In this document: piece after piece, positions 1 through 18,000 of the stretch
Numbering within the stretch: the first letter of the stretch is position 1
How the letters are laid out: the number at the start of each line of letters is the position of its first letter
From: Eledone cirrhosa
Lineage: Eukaryota
Reading direction: 5' to 3'
Length of the DNA stretch: 64,000 bases
NCBI GenBank assembly: GCA_964016885.1
Contig: OZ024741.1
Location: 57,970,001-58,034,000 of the forward strand
Translations under genes and position numbers: made by a program
The notes under the pieces: generated by a model
The model's input: only the letters and a program-made list of their open reading frames with translations
Told to the model about the DNA's origin: nothing
Database searches by the model: none

Positions 1-3000
1 AAACTATATCTACACCACAACACCACAGTTAAACTATATCTACACCACACCACCACAGTTAAACTATATCTACACCACAACAACACCACAGTTAAGCTAT
101 ATCTACACCACACCACCACAGTTAAACTATATCTACACCACAACACCACAGTGAAACTATATCTACACCACCACACCACAGTGAAACTATATCTACACCA
201 CCACACCACCACAGTTAAACTATATCTACACCACAACAACACCACAGTTAAACTATATCTACACCACACCACCACAGTTAAACTATATCTACACCACACC
301 ACAACACCACAGTTAAACTATATCTACACCACAACACCACAGTTAAACTATATCTACACCACAACACCACAGTTAAACTATATCCACACCACACCACCAC
401 AGTTAAACTATATCTACACCACACCACCACAGTTAAACGATATCTACACCATCACACCACAGTTAAAATATATCTACACCACACCACCACAGTTAAACTA
501 TATCTACACCACCACAACACCACAGTTAAACTATATCTACACCACACCACCACAGTTAAACTGTATCTACACCACCACAACACCACAGTTAAACTATATC
601 TACACCACACCACCACTGTTAAACTATATCTACACCACACCACCACAGTTAAACTATATCTACACCACCACACCACAGTTAAACTATATCTACACCACCA
701 CAACACCACAGTTAAACTATATCTACACCACACCACCACAGTTAAACTAAATCTACACCACCACACCTCAGTTAAACTATATCTACACCACTACAACACC
801 ACAGTTAAACTATATATACACCACAACACCACAGTTAAACTATATCTACACCACAACACCACAGTTAAACTATAACTACACCACAACACCACAGTTAAAC
901 TATAACTACACCACAACACCACAGTTAAACTATATCTACACCACACCACCACAGTTAAACTATATCTACACCACAACACTACAGTTAAACTATATCTACA
1001 CCACACCACTACAGTTAAACTATATCTACACCACACCACCACAGTTAAACTATATCTACACCACACCACCACAGTTAAACTATATCTACACCACACCACC
1101 ACAGGTAAACTATATCTACACCACACCACCACAGTTAAACTATATCTACACCACAACACCACAGTTAAACTATATCTACACCACCACACCACAGTGAAAC
1201 TATATCTACACCACCACAACACCACAGTTAAACTATATCTACACCACAACACCACAGTTAAACTATATCTACACCACACCACCACAGTTAAACTATATCT
1301 ACACCACACCACCACAGTTAAACTATATCTACACCACACCACCACAGTTAAACTATATCTACACCACCACACCACCACAGTTAAACTATAACTACACCAC
1401 CACAACACCACAGTTAAACTATATCTACACCACACCACCACAGTTAAACTATATCTACACCACACCACCACAGTTAAACTATATCTACACCACAACAACA
1501 CCACAGTTAAGCTATATCTACACCACACCACCACAGTTAAACTATATCTACACCACAACACCACAGTGAAACTATATCTACACCACCACACCACAGTGAA
1601 ACTATATCTACACCACCACACCACCACAGTTAAACTATATCTACACCACAACAACACCACAGTTAAACTATATCTACACCACACCACCACAGTTAAACTA
1701 TATCTACACCACACCACAACACCACAGTTAAACTATATCTACACCACAACACCACAGTTAAACTATATCTACAGCACAACACCACAGTTAAACTATATCT
1801 ACACCACCACACCACAGTGAAACTATATCTACACCACACCACCACAGTTAAACTATATCTACACCACAGCACCACAGTTAAACGATATCTACACCATCAC
1901 ACCACAGTTAAAATATATCTACACCACACCACCACAGTTAAACTATATCTACACCACCACAACACCACAGTTAAACTATATCTACACCACACCACCACAG
2001 TTAAACTGTATCTACACCACCACAACACCACAGTTAAACTATATCTACACCACACCACCACTGTTAAACTATATCTACACCACACCACCACAGTTAAACT
2101 ATATCTACACCACCACACCACAGTTAAACTATATCTACACCACAACACCACAGTTAAACTATATCTACACCACAACGCCACAGTTAAACTATATCTACAC
2201 CACCACAACACCACAGTTTAACTATATCTACACCACCACACCACAGTTAAACTATATCTACACCACACCACCACAGTTAAACTATATCTACACCACAACA
2301 CCACAGTTAAACTATATCTACATCACAACACCACAGTGAAACTATATCTACACCACCACAACACCACAGTTAAACTATATCTACACCACAACACCACAGT
2401 TAAACTATATCTACACTACACCACCACAGTTAAACTATATCTACACCACAACACCACAGTTAAACTATATCTACACCACACCACCACAGTTAAACTATAA
2501 CTACACCACAACACCACAGTTAAACTATATCTACACCACAACACCACAGTTAAACTATATCTACACCACCACACCACCACAGTTAAACTATAACTACACC
2601 ACAACACCACAGTTAAACTATAACTACACCACAACACCACAGTTAAACTATATCTACACCACACCACCACAGTTAAACTATATCTACACCACAACACTAC
2701 AGTTAAACTATATCTACACCACACCACTACAGTTAAACTATATCTACACCACAACACCACAGTTAAACTATATCTACACCACAACACCACAGTTAAACTA
2801 TATCTACACCACACCACCACAGTTAAACTATATCTACACCACAACAACACCACAGTTAAGCTATATCTACACCACACCACCACAGTTAAACTATATCTAC
2901 ACCACAACACCACAGTGAAACTATATCTACACCACCACACCACAGTGAAACTATATCTACACCACCACACCACCACAGTTAAACTATATCTACACCACAA

Positions 3001-6000
3001 CAACACCACAGTTAAACTATATCTACACCACACCACCACAGTTAAACTATATCTACACCACACCACAACACCACAGTTAAACTATATCTACACCACAACA
3101 CCACAGTTAAACTATATCTACACCACAACACCACAGTTAAACTATATCTACACCACCACACCACAGTGAAACTATATCTACACCACACCACCACAGTTAA
3201 ACTATATCTACACCACAGCACCACAGTTAAACGATATCTACACCATCACACCACAGTTAAAATATATCTACACCACACCACCACAGTTAAACTATATCTA
3301 CACCACCACAACACCACAGTTAAACTATATCTACACCACACCACCACAGTTAAACTGTATCTACACCACCACAACACCACAGTTAAACTATATCTACACC
3401 ACAACACCACTGTTAAACTATATCTACACCACACCACCACAGTTAAACTATATCTACACCACCACACCACAGTTAAACTATATCTACACCACCACAACAC
3501 CACAGTTAAACTATATCTACACCACACCACCACAGTTAAAGTAAATCTACACCACCACACCTCAGTTAAACTATATCTACACCATCACAACACCACAGTT
3601 AAACTATATCTACACCACAACACTACAGTTAAACTATATATACACCACAACACCACAGTTAAACTATATCTACACCACAACACCACAGTTAAACTATAAC
3701 TACACCACAACACCACAGTTAAACTATAACTACACCACAACACCACAGTTAAACTATATCTACACCACACCACCACAGTTAAACTATATCTACACCACAA
3801 CACTACAGTTAAACTATATCTACACCACACCACTACAGTTAAACTATATCTACACCACACCACCACAGTTAAACTATATCTACACCACACCACCACAGTT
3901 AAACTATATCTACACCACACCACCACAGTTAAACTATATCTACACCACACCACAGCAGTTAAACTATATCTACACCACACCACAACACCACAGTTAAACT
4001 ATATCTACACCACCACACCACAGTGAAACTATATCTACACCACCACAACACCACAGTTAAACTATATCTACACCACAACACCACAGTTAAACTATATCTA
4101 CACCACACCACCACAGTTAAACTATATCTACACCACACCACAACACCACAGTTAAACTATATCTACACCACACCACCACAGTTAAACTATATCTACACCA
4201 CACCACCACAGTTAAACTATATCTACACCACCACACCACCACAGTTAAACTATAACTACACCACCACAACACCACAGTTAAACTATATGTACACCACACC
4301 ACCACAGTTAAACTATATCTACACCACACCACCACAGTTAAACTATATCTACACCACACCACCACAGTTAAACTATATCTACACCACCACACCACCACAG
4401 TTAAACTATAACTACACCACCACAACACCACAGTTAAACTATATCTACACCACACCACAACACCACAGTTAAACTGTATCTACACCACCACACCACAGTT
4501 AAACTATATCTACACCACAACACCACAGTTAAACTATATCTACACCACAACGCCACAGTTAAACTATATCTACACCACCACAACACCACAGTTTAACTAT
4601 ATCTACACCACCACACCACAGTTAAACTATATCTACACCACACCACCACAGTTAAACTATATCTACACCACAACACCACAGTTAAACTATATCTACATCA
4701 CAACACCACAGTGAAACTATATCTACACCACCACAACACCACAGTTAAACTATATCTACACCACAACACCGCAGTTAAACTATATCTACACTACACCACC
4801 ACAGTTAAACTATATCTACACCACAACACCACAGTTAAACTATATCTACACCACACCACCACAGTTAAACTATAACTACACCACAACACCACAGTTAAAC
4901 TATATCTACACCACAACACCACAGTTAAACTATATCTACACCACCACACCACCACAGTTAAACTATAACTACACCACAACACCACAGTTAAACTATAACT
5001 ACACCACAACACCACAGTTAAACTATATCTACACCACACCACCACAGTTAAACTATATCTACACCACAACACTACAGTTAAACTATATCTACACCACACC
5101 ACTACAGTTAAACTATATCTACACCACCACACCACCACAGTTAAACTATATCTACACCACAACACCACAGTTAAACTATATCTACACCACAACACCACAG
5201 TTAAACTATATCTACACCACACCACCACAGTTAAACTATATCTACACCACCACACCACCACAGTTAAACTATATCTACACCACAACAACACCACAGTTAA
5301 GCTATATCTACACCACACCACCACAGTTAAACTATATCTACACCACAACACCACAGTGAAACTATATCTACACCACCACACCACAACAGTTAAACTAAAT
5401 CTACACCACACCACCACAGTTAAACTATATCTACACCACACCACAACACCACAGTTAAACTATATCTACACCACAACACCACAGTTAAACTATATCTACA
5501 CCACAACACCACAGTTAAACTATATCCACACCACACCACCACAGTTAAACTATATCTACACCACACCACCGCAGTTAAACGATATCTACACCATCACACC
5601 ACAGTTAAAATATATCTACACCACACCACCACAGTTAAACTATATCTACACCACCACAACACCACAGTTAAACTATATCTACACCACACCACCACAGTTA
5701 AACTGTATCTACACCACCACAACACCACAGTTAAACTATATCTACACCACACCACCACTGTTAAACTATATCTACACCACACCACCACAGTTAAACTATA
5801 TCTACACCACCACACCACAGTTAAACTATATCTACACCACCACAACACCACAGTTAAACTATATCTACACCACACCACCACAGTTAAACTAAATCTACAC
5901 CACCACACCTCAGTTAAACTATATCTACACCACTACAACACCACAGTTAAACTATATATACACCACAACACCACAGTTAAACTATATCTACACCACAACA

Positions 6001-9000
6001 CCACAGTTAAACTATAACTACACCACAACACCACAGTTAAACTATAACTACACCACAACACCACAGTTAAACTATATCTACACCACACCACCACAGTTAA
6101 ACTATATCTACACCACAACACTACAGTTAAACTATATCTACACCACACCACTACAGTTAAACTATATCTACACCACACCACCACAGTTAAACTATATCTA
6201 CACCACACCACCACAGTTAAACTATATCTACACCACACCACCACAGGTAAACTATATCTACACCACACCACCACAGTTAAACTATATCTACACCACAACA
6301 CCACAGTTAAACTATATCTACACCACCACACCACAGTGAAACTATATCTACACCACCACAACACCACAGTTAAACTATATCTACACCACAACACCACAGT
6401 TAAACTATATCTACACCACACCACCACAGTTAAACTATATCTACACCACACCACCACAGTTAAACTATATCTACACCACACCACCACAGTTAAACTATAT
6501 CTACACCACCACACCACCACAGTTAAACTATAACTACACCACCACAACACCACAGTTAAACTATATCTACACCACACCACCACAGTTAAACTATATCTAC
6601 ACCACACCACCACAGTTAAACTATATCTACACCACAACAACACCACAGTTAAGCTATATCTACACCACACCACCACAGTTAAACTATATCTACACCACAA
6701 CACCACAGTGAAACTATATCTACACCACCACACCACAGTGAAACTATATCTACACCACCACACCACCACAGTTAAACTATATCTACACCACAACAACACC
6801 ACAGTTAAACTATATCTACACCACACCACCACAGTTAAACTATATCTACACCACACCACAACACCACAGTTAAACTATATCTACACCACAACACCACAGT
6901 TAAACTATATCTACAGCACAACACCACAGTTAAACTATATCTACACCACCACACCACAGTGAAACTATATCTACACCACACCACCACAGTTAAACTATAT
7001 CTACACCACAGCACCACAGTTAAACGATATCTACACCATCACACCACAGTTAAAATATATCTACACCACACCACCACAGTTAAACTATATCTACACCACC
7101 ACAACACCACAGTTAAACTATATCTACACCACACCACCACAGTTAAACTGTATCTACACCACCACAACACCACAGTTAAACTATATCTACACCACACCAC
7201 CACTGTTAAACTATATCTACACCACACCACCACAGTTAAACTATATCTACACCACCACACCACAGTTAAACTATATCTACACCACAACACCACAGTTAAA
7301 CTATATCTACACCACAACGCCACAGTTAAACTATATCTACACCACCACAACACCACAGTTTAACTATATCTACACCACCACACCACAGTTAAACTATATC
7401 TACACCACACCACCACAGTTAAACTATATCTACACCACAACACCACAGTTAAACTATATCTACATCACAACACCACAGTGAAACTATATCTACACCACCA
7501 CAACACCACAGTTAAACTATATCTACACCACAACACCACAGTTAAACTATATCTACACTACACCACCACAGTTAAACTATATCTACACCACAACACCACA
7601 GTTAAACTATATCTACACCACACCACCACAGTTAAACTATAACTACACCACAACACCACAGTTAAACTATATCTACACCACAACACCACAGTTAAACTAT
7701 ATCTACACCACCACACCACCACAGTTAAACTATAACTACACCACAACACCACAGTTAAACTATAACTACACCACAACACCACAGTTAAACTATATCTACA
7801 CCACACCACCACAGTTAAACTATATCTACACCACAACACTACAGTTAAACTATATCTACACCACACCACTACAGTTAAACTATATCTACACCACAACACC
7901 ACAGTTAAACTATATCTACACCACAACACCACAGTTAAACTATATCTACACCACACCACTACAGTTAAACTATATCTACACCACAACACCACAGTTAAAC
8001 TATATCTACACCACAACACCACAGTTAAACTATATCTACACCACAACACCACAGTGAAACTATATCTACACCACCACACCACAACAGTTAAACTATATCT
8101 ACACCACACCACCACAGTTAAACTATATCTACACCACAACACCACAGTTAAACTATATCTACACCACAACACCACAGTTAAACTATATCCACACCACACC
8201 ACCACAGTTAAACTATATCTACACCACACCACCACAGTTAAACGATATCTACACCATCACACCACAGTTAAAATATATCTACACCACACCACCACAGTTA
8301 AACTATATCTACACCACCACAACACCACAGTTAAACTATATCTACACCACACCACCACAGTTAAACTGTATCTACACCACCACAACACCACAGTTAAACT
8401 ATATCTACACCACACCACCACTGTTAAACTATATCTACACCACACCACCACAGTTAAACTATATCTACACCACCACACCACAGTTAAACTATATCTACAC
8501 CACCACAACACCACAGTTAAACTATATCTACTCCACACCACCACAGTTAAACTAAATCTACACCACCACACCTCAGTTAAACTATATCTACACCACTACA
8601 ACACCACAGTTAAACTATATATACACCACAACACCACAGTTAAACTATATCTACACCACAACACCACAGTTAAACTATAACTACACCACAACACCACAGT
8701 TAAACTATAACTACACCACAACACCACAGTTAAACTATATCTACACCACACCACCACAGTTAAACTATATCTACACCACAACACTACAGTTAAACTATAT
8801 CTACACCACACCACTACAGTTAAACTATATCTACACCACACCACCACAGTTAAACTATATCTACACCACACCACCACAGTTAAACTATATCTACACCACA
8901 CCACCACAGTTAAACTATATCTACACCACACCACCACAGTTAAACTATATCTACACCACAACACCACAGTTAAACTATATCTACACCACCACACCACAGT

Positions 9001-12000
9001 GAAACTATATCTACACCACCACAACACCACAGTTAAACTATATCTACACCACAACACCACAGTTAAACTATATCTACACCACACCACCACAGTTAAACTA
9101 TATCTACACCACACCACCACAGTTAAACTATATCTACACCACACCACCACAGTTAAACTATATCTACACCACCACACCACCACAGTTAAACTATAACTAC
9201 ACCACCACAACACCACAGTTAAACTATATCTACACCACACCACCACAGTTAAACTATATCTACACCACACCACCACAGTTAAACTATATCTACACCACAC
9301 CACCACAGTTAAACTATATCTACACCACCACACCACCACAGTTAAACTATAACTACACCACCACAACACCACAGTTAAACTATATCTACACCACACCACA
9401 ACACCACAGTTAAACTGTATCTACACCACCACACGACAGTTAAACTATATATACACCACAACACCACAGTTAAACTATATCTACACCACAACGCCACAGT
9501 TAAACTATATCTACACCACCACACCACATTTAAACTATATCTACACCACAACACCACAGTTAAACTATATCTACATCACAACACCACAGTAAAACTATAT
9601 CTACACCACCACAACACCACAGTTAAACTATATCTACACCACACCACCACAGTTAAACTATATCTACACTACACCACCACAGTTAAACTATATCTACACC
9701 ACAACACCACAGTTAAACTATATCTACACCACACCACCACAGTTAAACTATAACTACACCACAACACCACAGTTAAACTATATCTACACCACAACACCAC
9801 AGTTAAACTATATCTACACCACCACACCACCACAGTTAAACTATGACTACACCACAACACCACAGTTAAACTATAACCACACCACAACACAACAGTTAAA
9901 CTATATCTACACCACCACACCACCACAGTTAAACTATAACTACACCACCACAACACCACAGTTAAACTATATCTACACCACACCACAACACCACTGTTAA
10001 ACTGTATCTACACCACCACACCACAGTTAAACTATATCTACACCACACCACCACAATTAAACTATATCTACACCACACCACCACAGTTAAACTATATCTA
10101 CACCACAACACCACAGTTAAACTATATCTACACCACAACACCACAGTTAAACTATATCTACACGACAACGCCACAGTTAAACTATATCTACACCACCACA
10201 ACACCACAGTTAAACTATATCTACACCACCACACCACAGATAACTATATCTACACCACACCACCACAGTTAAACTATATCTACACCACAACACCACAGTT
10301 AAACTATATCTACACCACCACACCACAGTTAAACTATAACTACACCACCACAACACCACAGTTAAACTATATCTACACCACACCACCACAGTTAAACTAT
10401 ATCTACACCACACCACCACAGTTAAACTATATCTACACCACAACACCACAGTTAAACTATATCTACACCACAACACCACAGTTAAACTATATCTACACTA
10501 CACCACCACAGTTAAACTATATCTACACCACCACAACACCACAGTTAAACTATATCTACACCACACCACCACAGTTAAACTATATCTACACCACACCACC
10601 ACAGTTAAACTATATCTACACCACCACAACACCACAGTTAAACTATATCTACACCACAACACCACAGTTAAACTATATCTACACTACACCACCACAGTTA
10701 AACTATATCTACACCACAACACCGCAGTTAAACTATATCTACACCACACCACCACAGTTAAACTATAACTACACCACAACACCACAGTTAAACTATATCT
10801 ACACCACAACAACACAGTTAAACTATATCTACACCACCACACCACCACAGTTAATCTATGACTACACCACAACACCACAGTTAAACTATAACCACACCAC
10901 AACACAACAGTTAAACTATATCTACACCACCACACCACCACAGTTAAACTATAACTACACCACCACAACACCACAGTTAAACTATATCTACACCACACCA
11001 CAACACCGCAGTTAAACTGTATCTACACCACCACACCACAGTTAAACTATATCTACACCACAACAACACAGTTAAACTATATCTACACCACAACGCCACA
11101 GTTAAACTATATCTACACCACCACAACACCACAGTTAAACTATATCTACACCACCACACAACAGATAACTATATCTACACCACACCACCACAGTTAAACT
11201 ATATCTACACCACAACACCACAGTTAAACTATATCTACACCACCACACCACAGTTAAACTATATCTACACCACCACAACACCACAGTTAAACTATATCTA
11301 CACCACACCACCACAGTTAAACTATATCTACACCACAACACCACAGTTAAACTATATCTACACCATAACACCACAGTTAAACTATATCTACACCACCACA
11401 CCACAGTTAAACTATATCTACACCACCACAACACCACAGTTAAACTATATCTACACCACACCACCACAGTTAAACTATATCTACACCACAACACCACAGT
11501 TAAACTATATCTACACCACACCACCACAGTTAAACTATAACTACACCACAACACCACAGTTAAACTATATCTACACCACAACACCACAGTTAAACTATAT
11601 CTACACCACCACACCACCACAGTTAAACTATAACTACACCACAACACCACAGTTAAACTATAACTACACCACAACACCACAGTTAAACTATATCTACACC
11701 ACACCACCACAGTTAAACTATATCTACACCACAACACTACAGTTAAACTATATCTACACCACACCACTACAGTTAAACTATATCTACACCACACCACCAC
11801 AGTTAAACTATATCTACACCACACCACCACAGTTAAACTATATCTACACCACACCACCACAGTTAAACTATATCTACACCACACCACCACAGTTAAACTA
11901 TATCTACACCACACCACAACACCACAGTCAAACTATATCTACACCACCACACCACAGTTAAACTATATCTACACCACCACAACACCACAGTTAAACTATA

Positions 12001-15000
12001 TCTACACCACACCACCACAGTTAAACTATATCTACACCACACCACCACAGTTGAACTGTATCTACACCACACCACCACAGTTAAACTATATCTACACCAC
12101 AACACCGCAGTTAAACTATATCTACACCACACCACCACAGTTAAACTATAACTACACCACAACACCACAGTTAAACTATATCTACACCACAACAACACAG
12201 TTAAACTATATCTACACCACCACACCACCACAGTTAAACTATATCTACACCTCCACAACACCACAGTTAAACTATATCTACACCACCACACCACAGATAA
12301 CTATATCTACACCACACCACCACAGTTAAACTATATCTACACCACAACACCACAGTTAAACTATATCTACACCACCACACCACAGTTAAACTATATCTAC
12401 ACCACCACAACACCACAGTTAAACTATATCTACACCACACCACCACAGTTAAACTAAATCTACACCACCACACCTCAGTTAAACTATATCTACACCACCA
12501 CAACACCACAGTTAAACTATATCTACACCACAACACTACAGTTAAACTATATATACACCACAACACCACAGTTAAACTATATCTACACCACAACACCACA
12601 CTTAAACTATAACTACACCACAACACCACAGTTAAACTATAACTACACCACAACACCACAGTTAAACTATATCTACACCACACCACCACAGATAAACTAT
12701 ATCTACACCACAACACTACAGTTAAACTATATCTACACCACACCACTACAGTTAAACTATATCTACACCACACCACCACAGTTAAACTATATCTACACCA
12801 CAACACCACAGTTAAACTATATCTACACCACCACACCACAGTGAAACTATATCTACACCACCACAACACCACAGTTAAACTATATCTACACCACAACACC
12901 ACAGTTAAACTATATCTACACCACACCACCACAGTTAAACTATATCTACACCACACCACCACAGTTAAACTATATCTACACCACACCACCACAGTTAAAC
13001 TATATCTACACCACCACACCACCACAGTTAAACTATAACTACACCACCACAACACCACAGTTAAACTATATCTACACCACACCACCACAGTTAAACTATA
13101 TCTACACCACACCACCACAGTTAAACTATATCTACACCACACCACCACAGTTAAACTATATCTACACCACACCACCACATTTAAACTATATCTACACCAC
13201 ACCACACCACCACAGTTAAACTATATCTACACCACCACACCACAGTTAAACTATATCTACACCACCACAACACCACAGTTAAACTATATCTACACCACAC
13301 CACCACAGTTAAACTATATCTACACCACAACACCACAGTTAAACTATATCTACACCATAACACCACAGTTAAACTATATCTACACCACCACACCACAGTT
13401 AAACTATATCTACACCACCACAACACCACAGTTAAACTATATCTACACCACACCACCACAGTTAAACTATATCTACACCACAACACCACAGTTAAACTAT
13501 ATCTACACCACACCACCACAGTTAAACTATAACTACACCACAACACCACAGTTAAACTATATCTACACCACAACACCACAGTTAAACTATATCTACACCA
13601 CCACACCACCACAGTTAAACTATAACTACACCACAACACCACAGTTAAACTATAACTACACCACAACACCACAGTTAAACTATATCTACACCACACCACC
13701 ACAGTTAAACTATATCTACACCACAACACTACAGTTAAACTATATCTACACCACACCACTACAGTTAAACTATATCTACACCACACCACCACAGTTAAAC
13801 TATATCTACACCACACCACCACAGTTAAACTATATCTACACCACACCACCACAGTTAAACTATATCTACACCACACCACCACAGTTAAACTATATCTACA
13901 CCACACCACAACACCACAGTCAAACTATATCTACACCACCACACCACAGTTAAACTATATCTACACCACCACAACACCACAGTTAAACTATATCTACACC
14001 ACACCACCACAGTTAAACTATATCTACACCACACCACCACAGTTGAACTGTATCTACACCACACCACCACAGTTAACTATATCTACACCACCACAACACC
14101 ACAGTTAAACTATATCTACACCACAACACCACAGTTAAACTATATCTACACTACACCACCACAGTTAAACTATATCTACACCACAACACCGCAGTTAAAC
14201 TATATCTACACCACACCACCACAGTTAAACTATAACTACACCACAACACCACAGTTAAACTATATCTACACCACAACAACACAGTTAAACTATATCTACA
14301 CCACCACACCACCACAGTTAAACTATATCTACACCTCCACAACACCACAGTTAAACTATATCTACACCACCACACCACAGATAACTATATCTACACCACA
14401 CCACCACAGTTAAACTATATCTACACCACAACACCACAGTTAAACTATATCTACACCACCACACCACAGTTAAACTATATCTACACCACCACAACACCAC
14501 AGTTAAACTATATCTACACCACACCACCACAGTTAAACTAAATCTACACCACCACACCTCAGTTAAACTATATCTACACCACCACAACACCACAGTTAAA
14601 CTATATCTACACCACAACACTACAGTTAAACTATATATACACCACAACACCACAGTTAAACTATATCTACACCACAACACCACACTTAAACTATAACTAC
14701 ACCACAACACCACAGTTAAACTATAACTACACCACAACACCACAGATAAACTATATCTACACCACAACACTACAGTTAAACTATATCTACACCACACCAC
14801 TACAGTTAAACTATATCTACACCACACCACCACAGTTAAACTATATCTACACCACAACACCACAGTTAAACTATATCTACACCACCACACCACAGTGAAA
14901 CTATATCTACACCACCACAACACCACAGTTAAACTATATCTACACCACAACACCACAGTTAAACTATATCTACACCACACCACCACAGTTAAACTATATC

Positions 15001-18000
15001 TACACCACACCACCACAGTTAAACTATATCTACACCACACCACCACAGTTAAACTATATCTACACCACCACACCACCACAGTTAAACTATAACTACACCA
15101 CCACAACACCACAGTTAAACTATATCTACACCACACCACCACAGTTAAACTATATCTACACCACACCACCACAGTTAAACTATATCTACACCACACCACC
15201 ACAGTTAAACTATATCTACACCACACCACCACATTTAAACTATATCTACACCACACCACAACACCACACCACCACAGTTAAACTATATCTACACCACCAC
15301 AACGCCACAGTGAAACTATATCTACACCACCACACCACCACAGTTAAACTATATCTACACCACACCACCACAGTTAAACTATATCTACACCACAACACCA
15401 CAGTTAAACTGTATCTACACCACCACAAAACCACAGTTAAACTATATCTACACCACACCACCACAGTTAAACTATAACTACACCACAACACCACAGTTAA
15501 ACTATATCTACACCACAACACCACAGTTAAACTATATCTACACCACCACACCACCACAGTTAAACTATAACTACACCACAACACCACAGTTAAACTATAA
15601 CTACACCACAACACCACAGTTAAACTATATCTACACCACACCACCACAGTTAAACTATATCTACACCACAACACTACAGTTAAACTATATCTACACCACA
15701 CCACTACAGTTAAACTATATCTACACCACACCACCACAGTTAAACTATATCTACACCACACCACCACAGTTAAACTATATCTACACCACACCACCACAGT
15801 TAAACTATATCTACACCACACCACCACAGTTAAACTATATCTACACCACACCACAACACCACAGTTAAACTATATCTACACCACCACACCACAGTTAAAC
15901 TATATCTACACCACCACAACACCACAGTTAAACTATATCTACACCACACCACCACAGTTAAACTATATCTACACCACACCACCACAGTTAAACTGTATCT
16001 ACACCACACCACCACAGTTAAACTATATCTACACCACCACAACACCACAGTTAAACTATATCTACACCACAACACCACAGTTAAACTATATCTACACTAC
16101 ACCACCACAGTTAAACTATATCTACACCGCAACACCGCAGTTAAACTATATCTACACCACACCACCACAGTTAAACTATAACTACACCACAACACCACAG
16201 TTAAACTATATCTACACCACACCACCACAGTTAAACTATAACTACACCACAACACCACAGTTAAACTATAACTACACCACAACACCACAGTTAAACTATA
16301 TCTACACCACACCACCACAGTTAAACTATATCTACACCACAACACTACAGTTAAACTATATCTACACCACACCACTACAGTTAAACTATATCTACACCAC
16401 ACCACCACAGTTAAACTATATCTACACCACACCACCACAGTTAAACTATATCTACACCACACCACCACAGTTAAACTATATCTACACCACACCACAACAC
16501 CACAGTTAAACTATATCTACACCACCACACCACAGTTAAACTATATCTACACCACCACAACACCACAGTTAAACTATATCTACACCACACCACCACAGTT
16601 AAACTATATCTACACCACACCACCACAGTTGAACTGTATCTACACCACACCACCACAGTTAAACTATATCTACACCACAACACCACAGTTAAACTATATC
16701 TACACTACACCACCACAGTTAAACTATATCTACAACACAACACCGCAGTTAAACTATATCTACACCACACCACCACAGTTAAACTATAACTACACCACAA
16801 CACCACAGTTAAACTATATCTACACCACAACAACACAGTTAAACTATATCTACACCACCACACCACCACAGTTAAACTATATCTACACCACCACAACACC
16901 ACAGTTAAACTATATCTACACCACACCACCACAGTTAAACTAAATCTACACCACCACACCTCAGTTAAACTATATCTACACCACCACAACACCACAGTTA
17001 AACTATATCTACACCACAACACTACAGTTAAACTATATATACACCAAAACACCACAGTTAAACTATATCTACACCACAACACCACACTTAAACTATAACT
17101 ACACCACAACACCACAGTTAAACTATAACTACACCACAACACCACAGTTAAACTATATCTACACCACACCACCACAGTTAAACTATATCTACACCACAAC
17201 ACTACAGTTAAACTATATCTACACCACACCACTACAGTTAAACTATATCTACACCACACCACCACAGTTAAACTATATCTACACCACAACACCACAGTTA
17301 AACTATATCTACACCACCACACCACAGTGAAACTATATCTACACCACCACAACACCACAGTTAAACTATATCTACACCACAACACCACAGTTAAACTATA
17401 TCTACACCACAACACTACAGTTAAACTGTATCTACACCACCACAACACCACAGTTAAACTATATCTACACCACACCACCACAGTTACACTGTATCTACAC
17501 CACCACAACACCACAGTTAAACTATATCTACACCACAACACCACAGTTAAACTATATCTACACCACACCACCACAGTTAAACTGTATCTACACCACCACA
17601 ACACCACAGTTAAACTATATCTACACCACCACAACACCACAGTTAAACTATATCTACACCACAACACCACAGTTAAACTATATCTACACCACACCACCAC
17701 AGTTAAACTATATCTACACCACCACACCACCACAGTTAAACTATAACTACACCACCACAACACCACAGTTAAACTATATCTACACCACACCACCACAGTT
17801 AAACTATATCTACACCACACCACCACAGTTAAACTATATCTACACCACACCACCACAGTTAAACTATATCTACACCACACCACCACATTTAAACTATATC
17901 TACACCACACCACAACACCACAGTTAAACTATATCTACACCACACCACCACAGTTAAACTATATCTTCACCACCACAACACCACAGTTAAACTATATCTA